From NCBI RefSeq assembly GCF_009914755.1, contig NC_060928.1: a stretch of DNA of 64,000 nt, one strand, 5' to 3'. Below the pieces are notes generated by a model. It worked only from the letters and a program-made list of their open reading frames with translations. It was not told the DNA's origin and did no database searches. Shown here in pieces: positions 34,785 through 49,695 of this stretch. Positions within the stretch are counted from its first letter, which is position 1. Every line of letters starts with the position of its first letter. The stretch is from the human T2T-CHM13v2.0 reference genome, Homo sapiens. The translations under genes and the position numbers were made by a program.

Positions 34785-37161
34785 TGATGTGGTTTGGCTG
34801 CGTCCCTACCCAAATGTCATCTTGAATTGTAGTTCCCATAATCCCCACATGTCATGGGAGAAATCTGGTGGGAGGTAATTGAATCATGGGGGCAGGTTTT
34901 TCTTGTGCTGTTATGATAGTGAATAAGTCTCATAAGATCTGATAGTTTTATAGAGGGAAGTTCCCCTGCACACATGCTCTTGCCTGCTGCCATGTAAGAT
35001 GTTACTTTGCTCCTCATTAGCCTTCTAATGTGAGGCCTCCCTAGCCATGTGGGACTGTGAGCTAATTAAACGTCTTTCCTTTATAAATTACCCAGTCTCA
35101 GGTATGTCTTTATTAGCAGCGTGAGAACTGACTAATACAGTAAATTGGTACTGACAGAATGCAGTGCTGCTATAAGGACACCCCAAAATGTGGAATCGAT
35201 GTTGAAATTGGTAACAGGCAGAGGTTGCAACACTTTAGAGGGCTCAGAAGAAGACAGGAAAATGTGGGAAAGATTGGAACTCCCTAGCAACTTGGAGGGC
35301 TCAAAAGACAGGAAGACATGGGAAAGTTAAGAACTTCCTAGAGATTTGTTGAATGGCTTTGACCAAAATGCTGATAGTGATATGGACAATAAAGTCCAGG
35401 CAGAAGTGGTCTCAGATGGAGATGAGAAACTTGTTCGGACCTGGAGTAAACGTGACTCTTGCTATGTTTTAGCAAAGAGACTGGAGGCATTTTGCCCCTG
35501 CCCTAGAGATCTGTGGAACTTTGAACTTGAGAGAGATGATTTAGGCATCTGGCAGAAAAAATTTCTAAGTAGCAAAGTGCTCAAGATGTGACTTGGGCGC
35601 TGTTAAAAGCATTGAGTTTTTTTGTATTGACAAAGGTATGGTTTGGAATTGGAACTTAAGTTTAAAAGAGAGGCAGAGCATAAAAGTTTGAAAAATTTGC
35701 AGCCTGATGATTCAATAGAAAAGAAAAACCCATTTTCTGTGGAGAAATTCAAGTTGGCTCCAGAAATTTGCATAAGTAGTGAGGAGCCAAATGTTAATTG
35801 GCAAGACAATGGGATGGGGAAAATGTCTCAGGGCATGTCAGGGACCTTCACAGCAGCCCCTCCCATCACAGGCCCAGAGGCCTAGGAGGAAAAAATGGTT
35901 TAATGTGCTAGGCCCAGGGCCCCCCTCCTCTGTGCAGCCTTGGTGACCTGCATCCCAGCCACTCCAACTGTGGCTAAAAGCGGCCAAGGTACAGCTCAGG
36001 CCATGGTTTCAGAGGGTGCAAGCCCCAAGTCTTGGCAGCTTACATGAGGTGTTGGGCCTTCAGGTGCACAGAAGTCAAGAATTGAGGTTTGGGAACCTCT
36101 GCCTAGATTTCAGAGGATGTATGGAAATGCCTGGATGTCCAGGCAGAAGTGTGATGCAGGGGCAGGGCCTTCATGGAGAACCTCTGCTAGGGCAGTGTGA
36201 AAGGGAAATGTGGGGTTGAAGCCTCCACACAGAATTCCCACTGAGGCATTGCCTAGTGAAGCTATGAGAAGAGGGCCACCATCCTCCAGACACCAGAATG
36301 GTAGGTCCACGAACAGCTTGCACCGTGTGCCGGGAAAACCCACAGACACTCAATGTCAGCCCGTGAAAGCAGCCAGGGGGAGGTTATACCCTGCAAAGCC
36401 ACAGAGGTGGAGCTGCCCAAGACCATGGGAACCCATCTCTTGCATCAGCATGACCTGGATGTGAGACATAGAGTCAAAGGAGATCATTTTGGAGCTTTAA
36501 GATTTGACTGCCCTGCTGGATTTCAGACTTGCATGGGGCCTGTAGCCCCTTCATTTTGGCCAATTTCTCCCATTTGGAATGGCTGTATTTACCCAATGCC
36601 TGTACCTCCATTGTATCTAGGAAGTAACTAATTTGCTTTTGATTTTACAGGTTCCTAGGCAGAAGGGACTTGCCTTTTCTCAGATAAGACTTTGGACTGT
36701 GGACTTTCAAGTTAATGCTGAGATAAATTAAGACTTTGGGGGACCCTTGGGAAGTCATAATTGGTTTTGAAATGTGAGGACGTAAGACTTGGGAGGGGCC
36801 AGATGGAAATATATTGTTTGGCTGTGCCCCCACCCAAGTCTCATCTTGAATTTTAGCTCCCATAGTCCCCATGCATCATGGGAGGGACCCGGTGGGAGGT
36901 GATTGAGTCATGGTGGATGTGCTGTTCTCATGACAGTCAATAAGTCTCATGAGATTTGATGGTTTTATAAAGGGCAGTTCCCCTGCACATGTGCTCTTGC
37001 CTGCCATAATGTGAGAGGTTACTTTGCCCCTATTCACTGTCTGCTATGATTGTGAGGCCCCCTCAGCCATGCTAAACTATGAGTCAATTCAACCCCCTTT
37101 CTTTCTAAATTACTCAGTTTTTGGTATGTCTTTATTAGCAGTGTGAGAACAGATTAATACA
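34785..37161 (+). mobile_element. Full-length THE1D-like MaLR element: 5' LTR 34785-35139, internal region, 3' LTR about 36810-37161
   Basis: Two LTRs with THE1 internal region; perfect 5-bp TSD CTTAT at 34780-34784 and 37162-37166. Confidence 0.94.
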
Positions 37162-38221
37162 CTTATATTGTCAAATTTTAGGTTTTGCATCAGGACAAAA
37201 TGCTTTATTGCTGGTCCAAAGCTTCTGCATCCCTAATCAACTCCACTGTGTCTAAAGGATTTATATGGTGAGCCTCCTCAATACTTTCTTGCCAGCCTTC
37301 AACAAACTATTATAAATTAGATCTCCATGTGGGCCCAAACTTTAAGGGAAGAATTTTGTTGGGGTTAGAATTTGTTTTATGCCTTCTGCTAAATTTCTTT
37401 TATTCAGACCAATGGAGAATATTAATTTTAATTAGGAAAAAGAATGAATTATAGAATATTCTACATTTAATTACAGTAAAAATATATTAAAACCCTACTT
37501 TCTTACGTGATACTCAAGTAAATGTGACTTAGTTCTTTTTCTCTTGGGATTCACAACTTTGGAGGGGAGATAAATTTATACAAACCTGATACAATGTGAT
37601 AAAGGTCATTAGTGGTTTGTGGAGGAGATCACAGAAAAACAAGTAATTGAGTGGAGTTTTGCAAAAGGAATCATGAAGAAATTCTAGGCCAATGTGACAG
37701 TGTGAGCAAGGGTGTGAAGATTTTGAAAATTCATTTTGTGTTTGAGAGTGCTGTGGAGTCTGGAGTAGTGACCGGGGTTTGGGGGAAAGCAACCAGAAAG
37801 GTAGGTTGGATATTGAATAGCATTAGTAAGAAAAAGCTCCTAGGAATTACTTCAATAAATAGGAAGTAATATTCTTAATTAGACTAATAAGTTTAGAGAG
37901 ATGAATATTTCTAAAAGATTTGAAGTTAGTAGGCTGCCTTAAATTTCTAAAATATTTCCTTTGAAATTGTTATTTACCCTACTAATATGCTTAGATACTC
38001 TATCTTAGCCTAGAAACTGTGTACTATCAAGATTTACAGTCAAATGCTATTATTCCAAATTATATTAAGGCTCTGTTCATTTCATATTCAACAAATGACC
38101 ACCAATTATTCTTTTTCTTGATCTCATTGGAATTTAAAATTTTTTCATGGTATTATATGGAGCAACATTTCTAACACTGTGTTTCATGTAAAAAGCATGT
38201 GGTCATAAGAAATTTGGGAAA

Positions 38222-38609
38222 TATCTTAGTCTGTTTTATGTTGCTTTAACAGACAGGCTGAGTATTTTATGGAGAAAAGAGATTTATTTCTTACAGTTAT
38301 GGAACCTGGGAAGTCCAAGAGCATGGTGCTGGTGTCTGGTGAGGACCTTGTGCTGCATTATTCCATAGTGAAGGGCAGAAGCAGAAGTGAGCACACAATA
38401 CAGAGAAGGAGGCACCAGGGGCTGTACTTGCTTTATAACAACTCACTCTGGAAATAACTAAGCTGCTCTTGCAATAATGATGTTAATCGATGAGGGATCT
38501 GCCCTCATGACCCAATCATCTCTTATTAGGCCCCACCTCCCAACGCTACTGCATTGGGAATTAAACTTCCAACACATGAACTTTTGAATGACACATTCAA
38601 ACCATAGCA
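38222..38609 (-). mobile_element. MST-family (MSTB/C) solo LTR, probably within a Charlie-type DNA element remnant
   Basis: 'cttagtctgtttt...gggaagtccaagagcatggtgc...cattcaaaccatagca'. Confidence 0.75.
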
Positions 38610-39649
38610 GGAAACAATAGAATAAACAAAATTAACTGGATCTTGATTGCATGACTTTTCAAGGCCTTTAATATTGCTAATATTCTTTGTGAAACTCCAA
38701 AAGATAAAGTAATTAGCAATTTTTAAAATTATGTGACAAATACTTACTTAGTGCACCACTTAGTAACATCTTGAGGAAAACCAGCATTCTGTGGAATACT
38801 GAATGGCTAAAACTGTGTGAAACCATCCAAGTATCAAATGTTGCAGGTCAAAAAGCAGCCATAGCAGTTGACATACGGGCAGTCATGTGCATAGCTGAAT
38901 AGTGACAATGAATTCCTTTCATTGGAAACCCTTCTTTAGGGTGGCTTGCAGAACAATAATTAATTTTATTATAGCTTGGATTCTTCCTCTAAACCATTAT
39001 CTTTTCAATAAAATAAACACTGTACAGGTGCTCATTTTTATAATAACTATCTCTTTTATTTACAGGTGTTTCTTAGCTTGGCAATTATACGTTTCTCTTA
39101 GTCACAAAGGTTTGTGCTAGTAGGAAAATGGAAGGTACTTTCTGTCATTAGCTATGCATTCCCACGTTCAATAAATACATCCAGACTTATTTTCTTCTAT
39201 AAGAAAAAAACGTTGTGTGCAACTTGAGGCAGTGAGGAGTGAAAGTTTTATGAAGAAGAAGTTTACAAAGCTGGCACAATGTCAGATTTAGAATCTTTTA
39301 CAAATGGTCAGTTTTGAGTCTTGTGAAATACCTCCTAAATCAAAATACACAGCAGCAGGCTTAGAATTTTTATCTTTAAAAAGCTTCTCAGGTAATTATA
39401 ATGCAACTGGTAGATTGGCAGACTGTAGTGGCCAGCGGAAATTTATGAAAGCTTGACACTTTTGTTCCATAACCTTTTTGAGATTCAGGTTTATGTGATA
39501 CTTAACTCAGATTTACTTTGCATGCTTTAATTTTTTGGAGAATAATACAATGATATTCCAAAAAGTCTTTTTGATTTTTTTCTCACTCTTTATGGAACCA
39601 TATATTATATATTTAGGTTTCCTCCACGTTTTGGTCAACTGCATTTTTC

Positions 39650-40000
39650 ATACCATATACTCTTTTAGGAAATCTCATCTAGTCTTGTGGTTTCAACAAT
39701 TGCCTCTATGCAGATGACATCTTCCCCAAACTTCAGATTATATATCCAACTCCAACTAGACTTCTCTACCTAAATGTCCCATGTAGGGACAAATGTCAAA
39801 TGTAACTTGCTATCCTCTCACCCCAGTTCCACTCCTCATTCTATCTCTCAATTGGTAACATTGCCATCCACCTAGTTATCCAAATCTAAATCATAGGAGT
39901 AGTTATTTTATTCTTCCATAGAGGTCACTTTTATATTCTGATCCATGTCAAGTCCTGTTACTTCCTAAAAATTTATCGTATATGTACCTTGATTCTGCAC
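39650..40000. mobile_element. L2 fragment
   Basis: 'ctatgcagatgac...atatccaac...acttctctacctaaatgtcc'. Confidence 0.55.
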
Positions 40001-40569
40001 TACTTGGTTCCCAGGTTCTGGAATCTAGAATTCAGGCAACTAATAAATATTATAATACTCTTATACAATACTTGTGTACTCATTTTTGACAACATAGTTA
40101 TGAAAAAATATTAAGAAGCATTTGATTTACTAGTGAACTTTCAAATCACAACCCATTTGTAAATTAAAGACTGACTATACTAGTAATTATCAAACAAATC
40201 AATAAATGTTTTTAAATTTTTATTGTAAATATCACTGCTTGGGAAAAAAATGTTTACGATTAGAGTGAAATGAAGAGACAGGATCTTCTATAGATATTCT
40301 GAAGGGAACTTCCAGACTTTTTCAGAAGGCTTAGGAGTTTACGGTTTTGCAAAATGCAATTATTTTATTAAAACATTTGTTTCCCTCTTGCTTTTTTTTT
40401 GTCCTGTTTTTTCCTGGTGTATTTTGTGTTTGGTAGGTTAAATGGCTGGTTTCTTTGTTCCTGTGGCATTTGGACTGAGTTCTTGTTACTGGACATTAGA
40501 ACTCACTTTGTCTAATAGGTGACTAAATATTTGCTAATCAAATATTCATTACCTACTGTATATGGCTGA

Positions 40570-40737
40570 GGGTGGAGAAGGGAATTGAGTTCCAAGGGGC
40601 CCAATGGGACTTTCTAAGGTGACAAAAATATTGTATCTAAATTGTGGTACTGGTTTCAGGGCCACATGCATTTGTCAAAACCCATCCAACTGTACTTTAC
40701 TGTTTAAGTTATGCCATAATAAACCTGACTTTTTAAA
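40570..40737 (+). mobile_element. L1ME 3' end fragment
   Basis: 'ggtgacaaaaatattgtatct...catttgtcaaaacccatccaactgtac...aataaa'. Confidence 0.6.
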
Positions 40738-42125
40738 AGGCTCTCAAGCAGAATGTCCCTTGTGGGCAGGTCACTTACCTGGGCGAGACTTGATGACCAC
40801 GAGAGGGAAATAGGCACAAGACTGGGGCCACCCAGAGGAGTAGTGGGGAGGTTCTGACAGCAGCTCACCACCAGGGAAGGCTGACCGCAGTGGACTTCAG
40901 ACCTGAGACCTTGCAATGATGGATGGAGACTTTGTCATCTGTTGGCCCCAGGAGAGGTGACAGGCAGCACCTCCCAAAACCCCATTAGGTTGTGCCCTGG
41001 CTGAGGACCATGCATCCTGAGAGCTCGAGACTCCCGCAGGTTGCTGACATGGGGGCAGCCTCCCTCCTGCTTTTATAGATACTTTAATAGAAGTATGCTG
41101 AAGCAGGTTTTGGGTTTATGAATGGATTGAAAAGAGGAGGAAATGAGGGTCAGAGAGATAAAAACGATCTAAGAAAGAGATTGCCTATTTATCTCTAAAA
41201 AATACAAGGGAGCCAATATAAGAATCAGGACTGCAGTCGACAAAAGCAGACCTATGTGGCAGGGAGAGAAACCTTGTGTGGCTTCGTCCCAGTACTGGCC
41301 CCCAGAGAAGAGTACAGTCCTGGTCATTTCCTAGCAGAGGGGGGGAAAATGCAGATGTGCTTATTTTAAAAATGGTTTTTGATGGACACCCACCAACCAC
41401 ACAAACCCATAAAATAGGATTCTGTACAAAGACATTCAATCCCATTCATGTTATATTGCTGAAGAATGAGTTTCAGAAGAGATGATCTATCACACGAGCA
41501 AAGCAACGTTTATGTGATACAATGCGACCACTGCACAGAGACAAACTCGAAGAGGGTGGAGAATGATGGTTTTGATTCTTTGAAGAATTTTCCTCAAAAA
41601 TGCTTTTCTGTGGGTGGCATTTTAAAAAAAAAATCCATCTAGTTGTCTTTGTCTGCAACTCTATACCAGATACATCATAGGATGCTTTTGTTTCAGCCCA
41701 GAAAGTGAAATTCTGGTCTTGGATACTTTAAATGTAAAATCCAAAGAGGTCAGCTGCTCATAGGAGAAGATCGGGAGTAAATGGGCCACCTAGCAGGATT
41801 CAAAGCCACAAGATTAGAGGTTGGGTAGCTCTCTTAATTCTCAAAAATTCTTATGGGAGAACCTCTAAGAATGAGAAGAGGGAAAATTAAGGCTATAAAT
41901 TGTCATTCTTTTTGTCTTCTCATCTTTCCCAACACAGACATTCCCCCCTACCCTGAACTATTTTATTTATTTTTGTTTATCATCTGTTTGCATAGTTTAT
42001 ATCTAGTTGCAGCATTTCTTTGCAACCCAGAAGTACAATGAGGGTAGGAGACAGACAAACAAACCCTTTCCATTCTACCTGTTTCTTTCTTGTTGATTCA
42101 TTCGTTCATTTAAAAAATATTTACT

Positions 42126-42415
42126 GGCTGGGCACAATGGCTCATGCCGGTAATTACAGCACTTTGGGAGGACAGGGTAGGAGGATCATTTGAAGCCCGG
42201 AGTTTGAAACTGGCTTAGGCAACATAGCAAGATCCCATCTCTATAAAAATAAAAATTAGTTGGGTGTGGTTGTACATGTCTGTATTCCTAGCTACTGGGG
42301 AGGCTGAGGAGGGAGGATCTGTTGAGCACAGGAGTTTAAGGCTGCAGTGAGCCATGACCACACTGTTGCACCCTAGTCTGGATGACAGAGTGAAACTCTG
42401 TCTCAAAAAAAAAAA
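42126..42415 (+). mobile_element. AluJ within an L2 remnant
   Basis: Dimer with J features and A tail. Confidence 0.9.
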
Positions 42416-42539
42416 TCTACTGATTGCCTCTGATCAGCCAAGTGCTGTTGTAGGTGTGCAGGATACATCAGTGAACAAATAATCATACATTATTTCCCCC
42501 AAGGAGCTTATATTATAGTCAGGGTCAAAAACCAAAAGA

Positions 42540-42730
42540 ACAAAAAATAAGCAAAAACGGTAACAATAAGCAAAAATAAATAAAAATAATTAAATTACTA
42601 CTTATTAAAATAAATATTAATATTAATTAACTATCAATTAAATTAATTTACTTATTATAAATTTAAACATTTATCCTTTATAATGATAAATATAATAAAT
42701 TTAATAATAAACATTAAAAATAAATGTTAC
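42540..42730. repeat. AT-rich low-complexity tract
   Basis: About 190 nt nearly devoid of G/C. Confidence 0.85.
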
Positions 42731-42756
42731 CTAGTTTGCTGAGAGATGAAAAGAGC

Positions 42757-43221
42757 TGTTATGCATTAAATTGTGTTCTCCACTCCAAAATTCGTATGTT
42801 GAAATTCTAACACCCACTTCCTCAGAATGTGACATTTGGAAATAAGGTTGTTGCAGATATTACTGTGAAGTTAAGATGAGGTCATTTGGGTGGGCCCTAA
42901 TCCAGTATGACTAGTGTCCTTATAAAAAACGGAAATTTGGACAGAGAGAAGCAGAGTCTCACACAGGAAGAATGCCATGTGAACATAAAGGCAGAGACTG
43001 GGTGATGAATCTGTAAGTCAAGGAACACTAAAGTTTGCCAGCAACCACCAGAAGCTAGGAGAGAGGCGTGGGATGGTCCCTCTCACAGCCCACAGAAGGA
43101 ACCAACCCTGCCCTTCGGAGTTCAGACTTCCCACCTCTAGAACCACAAGACAATGAATTTTTGTTTCTTAAGCCGCTCTCTTGATGGCATTTTGTTATAG
43201 CAGCCCTAGCAAACAAATACT
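42757..43221 (+). mobile_element. MLT1C-like LTR
   Basis: 'tgttatg...gttaagatgaggtcat...gggccctaatcca...tttgttatagcagccctagcaaacaaatac'. Confidence 0.8.
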
Positions 43222-43418
43222 GGGGCTACGAAAATTACGGAGGAGCATAAGGGGTATTGGGAATCCTTCACAGGATTCCATGAGTCATTTTTCACATAGG
43301 GAAACCAAGAGGTAACAGATGATTTTCTTGACCACCCTCACCTACTAGGAAAACCTGATTGTTGGTTCCCCGTCCTTCCCTCTCCCCAGCACTTTGTAGA
43401 CATCTCCATAATGGCTCC

Positions 43419-43777
43419 TGTTTTAACCTGTTTTCACACTGCTATAAAGATACTACCTGAGACTGGGTAATATATAAACAAAAGAGGTTAAATTGACTCA
43501 CAGTGCCGCATGGCTTGGGAGGCCTCAGGAAACTTACAATCATGGCGGAAGGTGAAGGAGAAGCATCTTTTTACATGGTGGCAGGAGGGAGAGAGTTCAG
43601 AGGAAACTGCCACTTTTAAAACATCAGATCTCGTGAGAACTCTCTCACTAACACGAGAACAGCATGGGGAAAACCACTCCCATGATCTAATCACCTCCCA
43701 CCAGGTCCCTCACTTGACTTGTGGGGATTACAATTCGAGATGAGATTTGGATGGGGACGCACAGTCAAATCGTATTG
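43419..43777 (-). mobile_element. MSTA solo LTR
   Basis: MSTA-like sequence; 5-bp TSD GCTCC at 43414-43418 and 43778-43782. Confidence 0.85.
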
Positions 43778-44329
43778 GCTCCATCAAACTGTACCGAGTG
43801 ATTTATTTCTGTCTTCATCTATCTCTCCCTCACCATCTATCTCAATGAGGGACCATCTCATTCTCCTTCCTGTGTTTTAATTTCTAGCACATAACCTGCA
43901 CTTGGTAAGTGCTCAATATGTGTTAATTAAATAGATGGAGAATGCATATAAATTCCATGAGAATTTAATGTGTGCAAGTTTCCTATGGTCTTATAATTAA
44001 TATAATTTGATATAGATGAAATTCATAACTTCTCATGAAATGGGGCATTGGCAGCTGCCCCTCTTGGGTGGAGCACATATTCTGAAACAGTGAGGTTTTT
44101 TGGGGATGAGCATGATCTCAGAGCTCCTTGCCTGCTATGGGAAGCTTGTGCCTGTTTTCCACCCAAAAACCAGAGATAACAATGGCACTGCCTACCTCAC
44201 ATGATGTTGTGAGAGCTAACACATAGAATGAATGCTTCAAATAATGCTGGCCTTGAGAGAGTTCTTAAAGAGTACTAACCGTTATTACTGCTGTTCATAG
44301 AGATTCATTTGAGAAGACTTCTAAAAGCA

Positions 44330-45250
44330 TTCAATAATTGGGTGCCTGGGTCACTGTGGATGAAATGAGAGTCCAGAATTGTCTCACTGCTCATTGGGTT
44401 GACGGTCTAATGGGGAAAGCAAAGAGTAACAAAATAATTACAAATAAATAAACAGTGCAGGTGTGATCATAGCTATGAAGGAGAGATACCTAGTGCTTGG
44501 AGACCACTGATGGAGGACTTAACTGATATGCAAGGTTAGGGAGAATGAGTTGAGATCTCAGATATGAGTAGGAATTGCCTACTGAGGATGGGAAGAACAG
44601 TATTCCTGGAGGAATGAGTGGGTAGGAGCCCTGAGGCAGTAGGAGCTTTTCTTGTTTATGGAAGGGAAAGGAGGCCAGCGTGCCTGGGGTGCAGCAAGTG
44701 AGAGGAGCATGGCTCAAGGTGAGGCTGAGCAAAGACACGGCAGACAGCTCATGCAGAGCTTTTGTCACCTTGCTAATTATTTGGCATAATGGAATCTGAG
44801 TGAGGTATTGGGGGTGAGTTGTGAGGAACAACATGCTCAGAGTTTCCTTTTGAAAATCATTCAGGTTGCAGTGTAGAGAATGACTAAGAAGCACAGAGTG
44901 AATGCAGGTAGACCCCATCAGAGGGAAGGGTCATGGTAGCTTGGGCTTAAGTGATAGTTTGTAGAAATGGAGAGAAGTGATAAATTGAAAATGGGTGGTG
45001 ACAGAAAGGGGGCTATTGAAGACCAGGGCAGGTTGCTGACTTTGTCACTAGTATGGTTACAAAGGGTCTCACTCATGAGACCACACACTGAAGAGAACTG
45101 ATTTTGAATATTTTGACTATAAGGTACTTTTGAGACATCCAAGTGAAAATGTCCAGTGCTCAGTGGAGCATATGGGCTGATGGTGCAGAAAAGAATCATA
45201 TAAATATCAGGCATTCAGGCATCCATTGCCCTGAGGGAAAGATGTAAGGG
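44330..45250. mobile_element. L2 fragment
   Basis: 'gagacatccaagtgaaaatgtccag' and 'aaggaggccagcgtgcctgggg' L2 motifs. Confidence 0.6.
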
Positions 45251-47192
45251 AGTGAGTATTTTGTGGTCTGACTATAGCCCCCAAATTGCAGAGCTAGTCC
45301 CTGGGAAAGAGATGGACCAACTGGCCTAATGTGTCATACTTTCTTCCTTTCCAGCGATTTCTATTTTGAGTCCTCAATATACTAGGTGGCCCAAACTTAA
45401 CCACAGTCAGTTGGAGACCTAGGAATTTCTCGAGACCTGTGTCTAAATGGAAGGCTTGAGTGGTGCCACCACCCTGTGGGGAGGCACAAGATCTTCAGTC
45501 ATCTGTCTGCACAGTTATCTAGTCCTGAGTCATCAGTCCACTCAGGTTGTAAGGAGATATCCCTCTTCCTGTCCACATGACCCCTTCAGGTGTGGCAACT
45601 CTTTTTGTTTCTTTCTCATCACACTTGAGAGACAACAATTATTCTGCTGCTTCTGTCAAGGTCTGAAGCACAGGAATCTAGGTCTGCCTTTGGCTCTGTG
45701 GGCCTGGACTCAATGTGCAGCGCTCCATTCTCATCAGGACTCTACTAAGGGAGAGAGGTAGTTAATGACCTCTGCTCCCAGGCACCTCAAATTTCTGCCA
45801 AGGCTGTATACCAGGAACTGGGAGACAGTTTCTCATCCAGTCTCTCCAAAACCTCTCCAGGATCCTGCCATCTTTTAGGGACTCCAACCCCATAAAATGG
45901 GTGGAGCAAGGCTCAGCTCTCTGGTTCCTACCCACAAATCCACTCTCCTTCATCTAACTCCTGCCCTCTTCCCTCCATGTAGCTTGTGGAATAGGCTCCT
46001 AATCTGCTTTTTTTTTTTTTTTTTCTGTGCCAGGATTATCCTTGTTTCTCCTAAGGCTTTGGATTTTAAAAACCAAAGCAAGGAAGACTCTGTTTTCCCT
46101 TCTACTTCATATTGTATCATTCTCTGAGGAGACAAGTTCAGAGAGCCTAGATCCTCAAATGGAAATTTGAGAGAAATTGGAAAGAGAGGATCAATGTTTT
46201 AAAAATGGCTTCATGCCACAGCTAAGAGAAAAAGTTCCCTTTTACCCCTTCGAGATGATTATATGATCAGATCAAATAGTGTAGGTTATAATGAAAAATA
46301 GCTACATAATTAATCTTGAGGTCAGAGACTCTGTGTGTTTATATATCCACATGAAGTAGTATAAGCTATTTTCCTTTTAGTTCCTTCTTAACCGAATTAA
46401 ATTAGAGTTCTGTGAGGCTAAACTAACTAAAACTGCAAAATTCCCTGAGATTCATGACATTAAAATCATTCTGTTTCCTTGCCATTAAGGCCTACAGGAT
46501 AAGACTCTATTCCAGCCATATTTTATCATACATGGTTTTTCAGCTTCCAAGAGCCACCAGGAGCTATTTATTGGTCTTCAGCACTACCATAGAGAGTGAG
46601 GTTTGAATGTAATATAGCAGCATTAAAAGCATCACCACATCCTTGTTATGTTGTTTAAAGATGAATAAATATTTCAGGGAAAAAGAAAAATACTAGATTA
46701 GATTTTCATGATGCTAAGGGAGATTTATACTATCTAACCTAATGAAAAACAAATCATAATGTTTTACATTTAAATATATTCTACATTTCTCTAAGTATAT
46801 GAGAGAAAAACAAATGAATAGTTTCAAGATCATCAGAGTATAGTTAGAGCACCTCAACATTTTCAGTTTAGGAAGTTACACTTTGGACCTCGGGGTATGA
46901 TTGGCTATTAACAATATGAAACTAGATTAAAATTGTCTTAGTTTATCATGTGAGTTCATAAATAAAGGAGTCTGCAGGACAGAAGGGTCAAAGAATAATA
47001 TAAGTAATAGAATGTAGCCTAATTCTTTGGAATCCCTTAACTAGTTTTTATAACCCGCTGCAATACTCACTCTTTAGTGCTCTGTATGGATAACTCTTTG
47101 ACCATTTTTATAGAATGCTTCGAGAAAGTTATAGTCCAAGAAATTTAAATAGTTACCCTGTGCAGGTAAAATGAAAATGAATTTGCTTTCTT

Positions 47193-47334
47193 GCTGGGCG
47201 CAGTGGCTCATGCCTGAAATCCCAGCACTTTGGGAGGCTGAAGAGGGAGGATTGCTTGAGCCCAGGAGTTCCAGACCAACTTGGGAAACATAGTGAGATA
47301 CCCATCTCTAAAAAAAAAAAAAAAAGAAAAGAAA
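47193..47334 (+). mobile_element. FLAM / free left Alu monomer
   Basis: Single left arm plus A tail; TSD ttgctttctt on both sides. Confidence 0.88.
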
Positions 47335-48194
47335 AAATTGCTTTCTTAAAAGAGGGCAAAAAGGTATGCTGTGCAAGATATTTTCTATTATTATCTGTAC
47401 TTTTTTGCAAAATAAACAAACTTTAATAGAAAATGGATGGAAACAGTTATTCTAGTGTTCTATAAATTATTCCTGAGAACTAGTAAGAGGCTGTAACGTA
47501 TCCTTAATTATTTGACTTTGTAAAAGATCATAGGTGAAAACAAATTTACAAAACTCCTTTGTTAATTGAATAAAAGAAAGCACTCATATTCTCCATTAAC
47601 TTAGAATTTTCATCTTTGCATTCTTTCGCACATTTACATTGTTTTCTTCAAATGCCTTTGACTGATTTTTCTAAATTTTTTCCTAACATCCAAACATCTT
47701 TTGGCATAAGGTTGCTGGCCTAACCTATAGATTATTATATTTATTGCTCTAATCTATATCAGGAATGGGCATGATGCCTTAGACACAATTAAACTCTAGC
47801 TAAAATTTCCAGTGCCCAAAGAAGAAAAGAAAGGCATTTAACATTGGCTCGCTAAGATCAGGGACATGTCTAGTTTTTTTATTTTAAGACTTATTAACTT
47901 TTTATTAAGTCAAATATATGTATTTTTATCCAATAAGAAACATTGTGTTTTAATTTTTTAAACTAAGAAGTAAGGTCCCATGAAGAGAAAGATAACATTA
48001 ACTTTGTGGCATTCCATGGAAAAAAAACTGAGCTACTCAAACCTTCTCATAAATCTCTGGTTAGCCACAAAGCCAGCCCTGGCAAATGGATAGAACCTAC
48101 ATTTCCAAGTTTGCCAAGTAAAGAAAGATGTTGCCTGAAGTTTTAAAAACCATTTGTGGCTAAATTTCTAAAGTAAAAACAAAGGCCAATCTAA

Positions 48195-48542
<348 letters not shown>

Positions 48543-49451
48543 GGTATATTCTTTTCTTCAGTCCACTTACTATAACTTTCAACTGTTATATTTAGGTCTT
48601 CTTATTCTTTTTCTTTTGGTCTCTATAACTGGAATATAAGAGACAGTGTCTGTCTAGCACAATATTTTATCTCCTGTACTAGCAGAGTAGCTGGCACACA
48701 ACGAATAGGCCTATTAACTATGCTTCACTTTTATCCTTATCTTTTTGGATTGCCATATTTTACAGAGTGCTTAAAGAAAGTTATAGTCCAAGAAATTTAA
48801 AATGTATGTAGGTTGACATAAAATCAGCATGTTTTTCATGTCTGCCAAAAAGTCATCTGAAGGCAACAAGGTGAATGAAAACCAGTTTCACAAGGGAGGA
48901 TACTGAGAGAAGATAGCACAGTGAGAGAAAGAACTGGTGATAGGACCCAATTGCTATATATATTAGAAAAAAACTGAAAATTTTACACTTTACAAAATTG
49001 ATATGAATGTCTTGAAGGACAAAAACAGTGTTTCCTGTTTGCAAGGATGTAGGAGGCAGTGGTGAGCTACAGCTTTACTTGTTTCTAGAAGCAGAAGTAT
49101 GGCCAAATGGAATGTCACATAGACAAGCCATGTTTCCAGGAAGTAGTGCTTCTCTGGGGCAGTAGGAAAGAGAACAGTATTTGAGTTGTGTGTGTGTGTG
49201 TGTTGGGTGTTGGGGGAAGGGAATACCACTTATCTCAACTGTTTGGGAAATAGTAAAAGCTGTATAAACTCTCTCATAAATTCCTAGATCATAAGAAAAA
49301 TCCCGGCTATCCTGGAACAAGGTCCTGGCCTCTACCTTTCCCATAAACTTCCTTCAAAGAGCTGGTTCAGAAATCCAGCAAAGAAAGAAAACACTTTAAT
49401 AATAAATAATTGAAAGGGACTAGTACAGAACCTATATGGAAAATCTTTTTT

Positions 49452-49685
49452 TTTTTTTTTTTATTATACTTTAAGTTTTAGGGTACATGTGCACATTGTG
49501 CAGGTTAGTTACATATGTATACATGTGCCATGCTGGTGCGCTGCACCCACTAACTCATCATCTAGCATTAGGTATATCTCCCAATGCTATCCCTCCCCCC
49601 TCCCCCCACCCCACCACAGTCCCCAGAGTGTGATATTCCCCTTCCTGTGTCCATGTGATCTCATTGTTCGATTCCCACCTATTAG
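49452..49685 (-). mobile_element. L1PA2-type 3' fragment (about 235 bp)
   Basis: Reverse complement of the 3'UTR at about 26590-26800; TSD TGGAAAATCTTTTTT at 49437-49451 and 49686-49700. Confidence 0.93.
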
Positions 49686-49695
49686 TGGAAAATCT

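Noticed and set aside
35236-35345. About 55-bp tandem duplication in the THE1 internal region
   Set aside because: I recall it as a common variant among THE1 internal sequences, so probably inherited from the source element; not verified.
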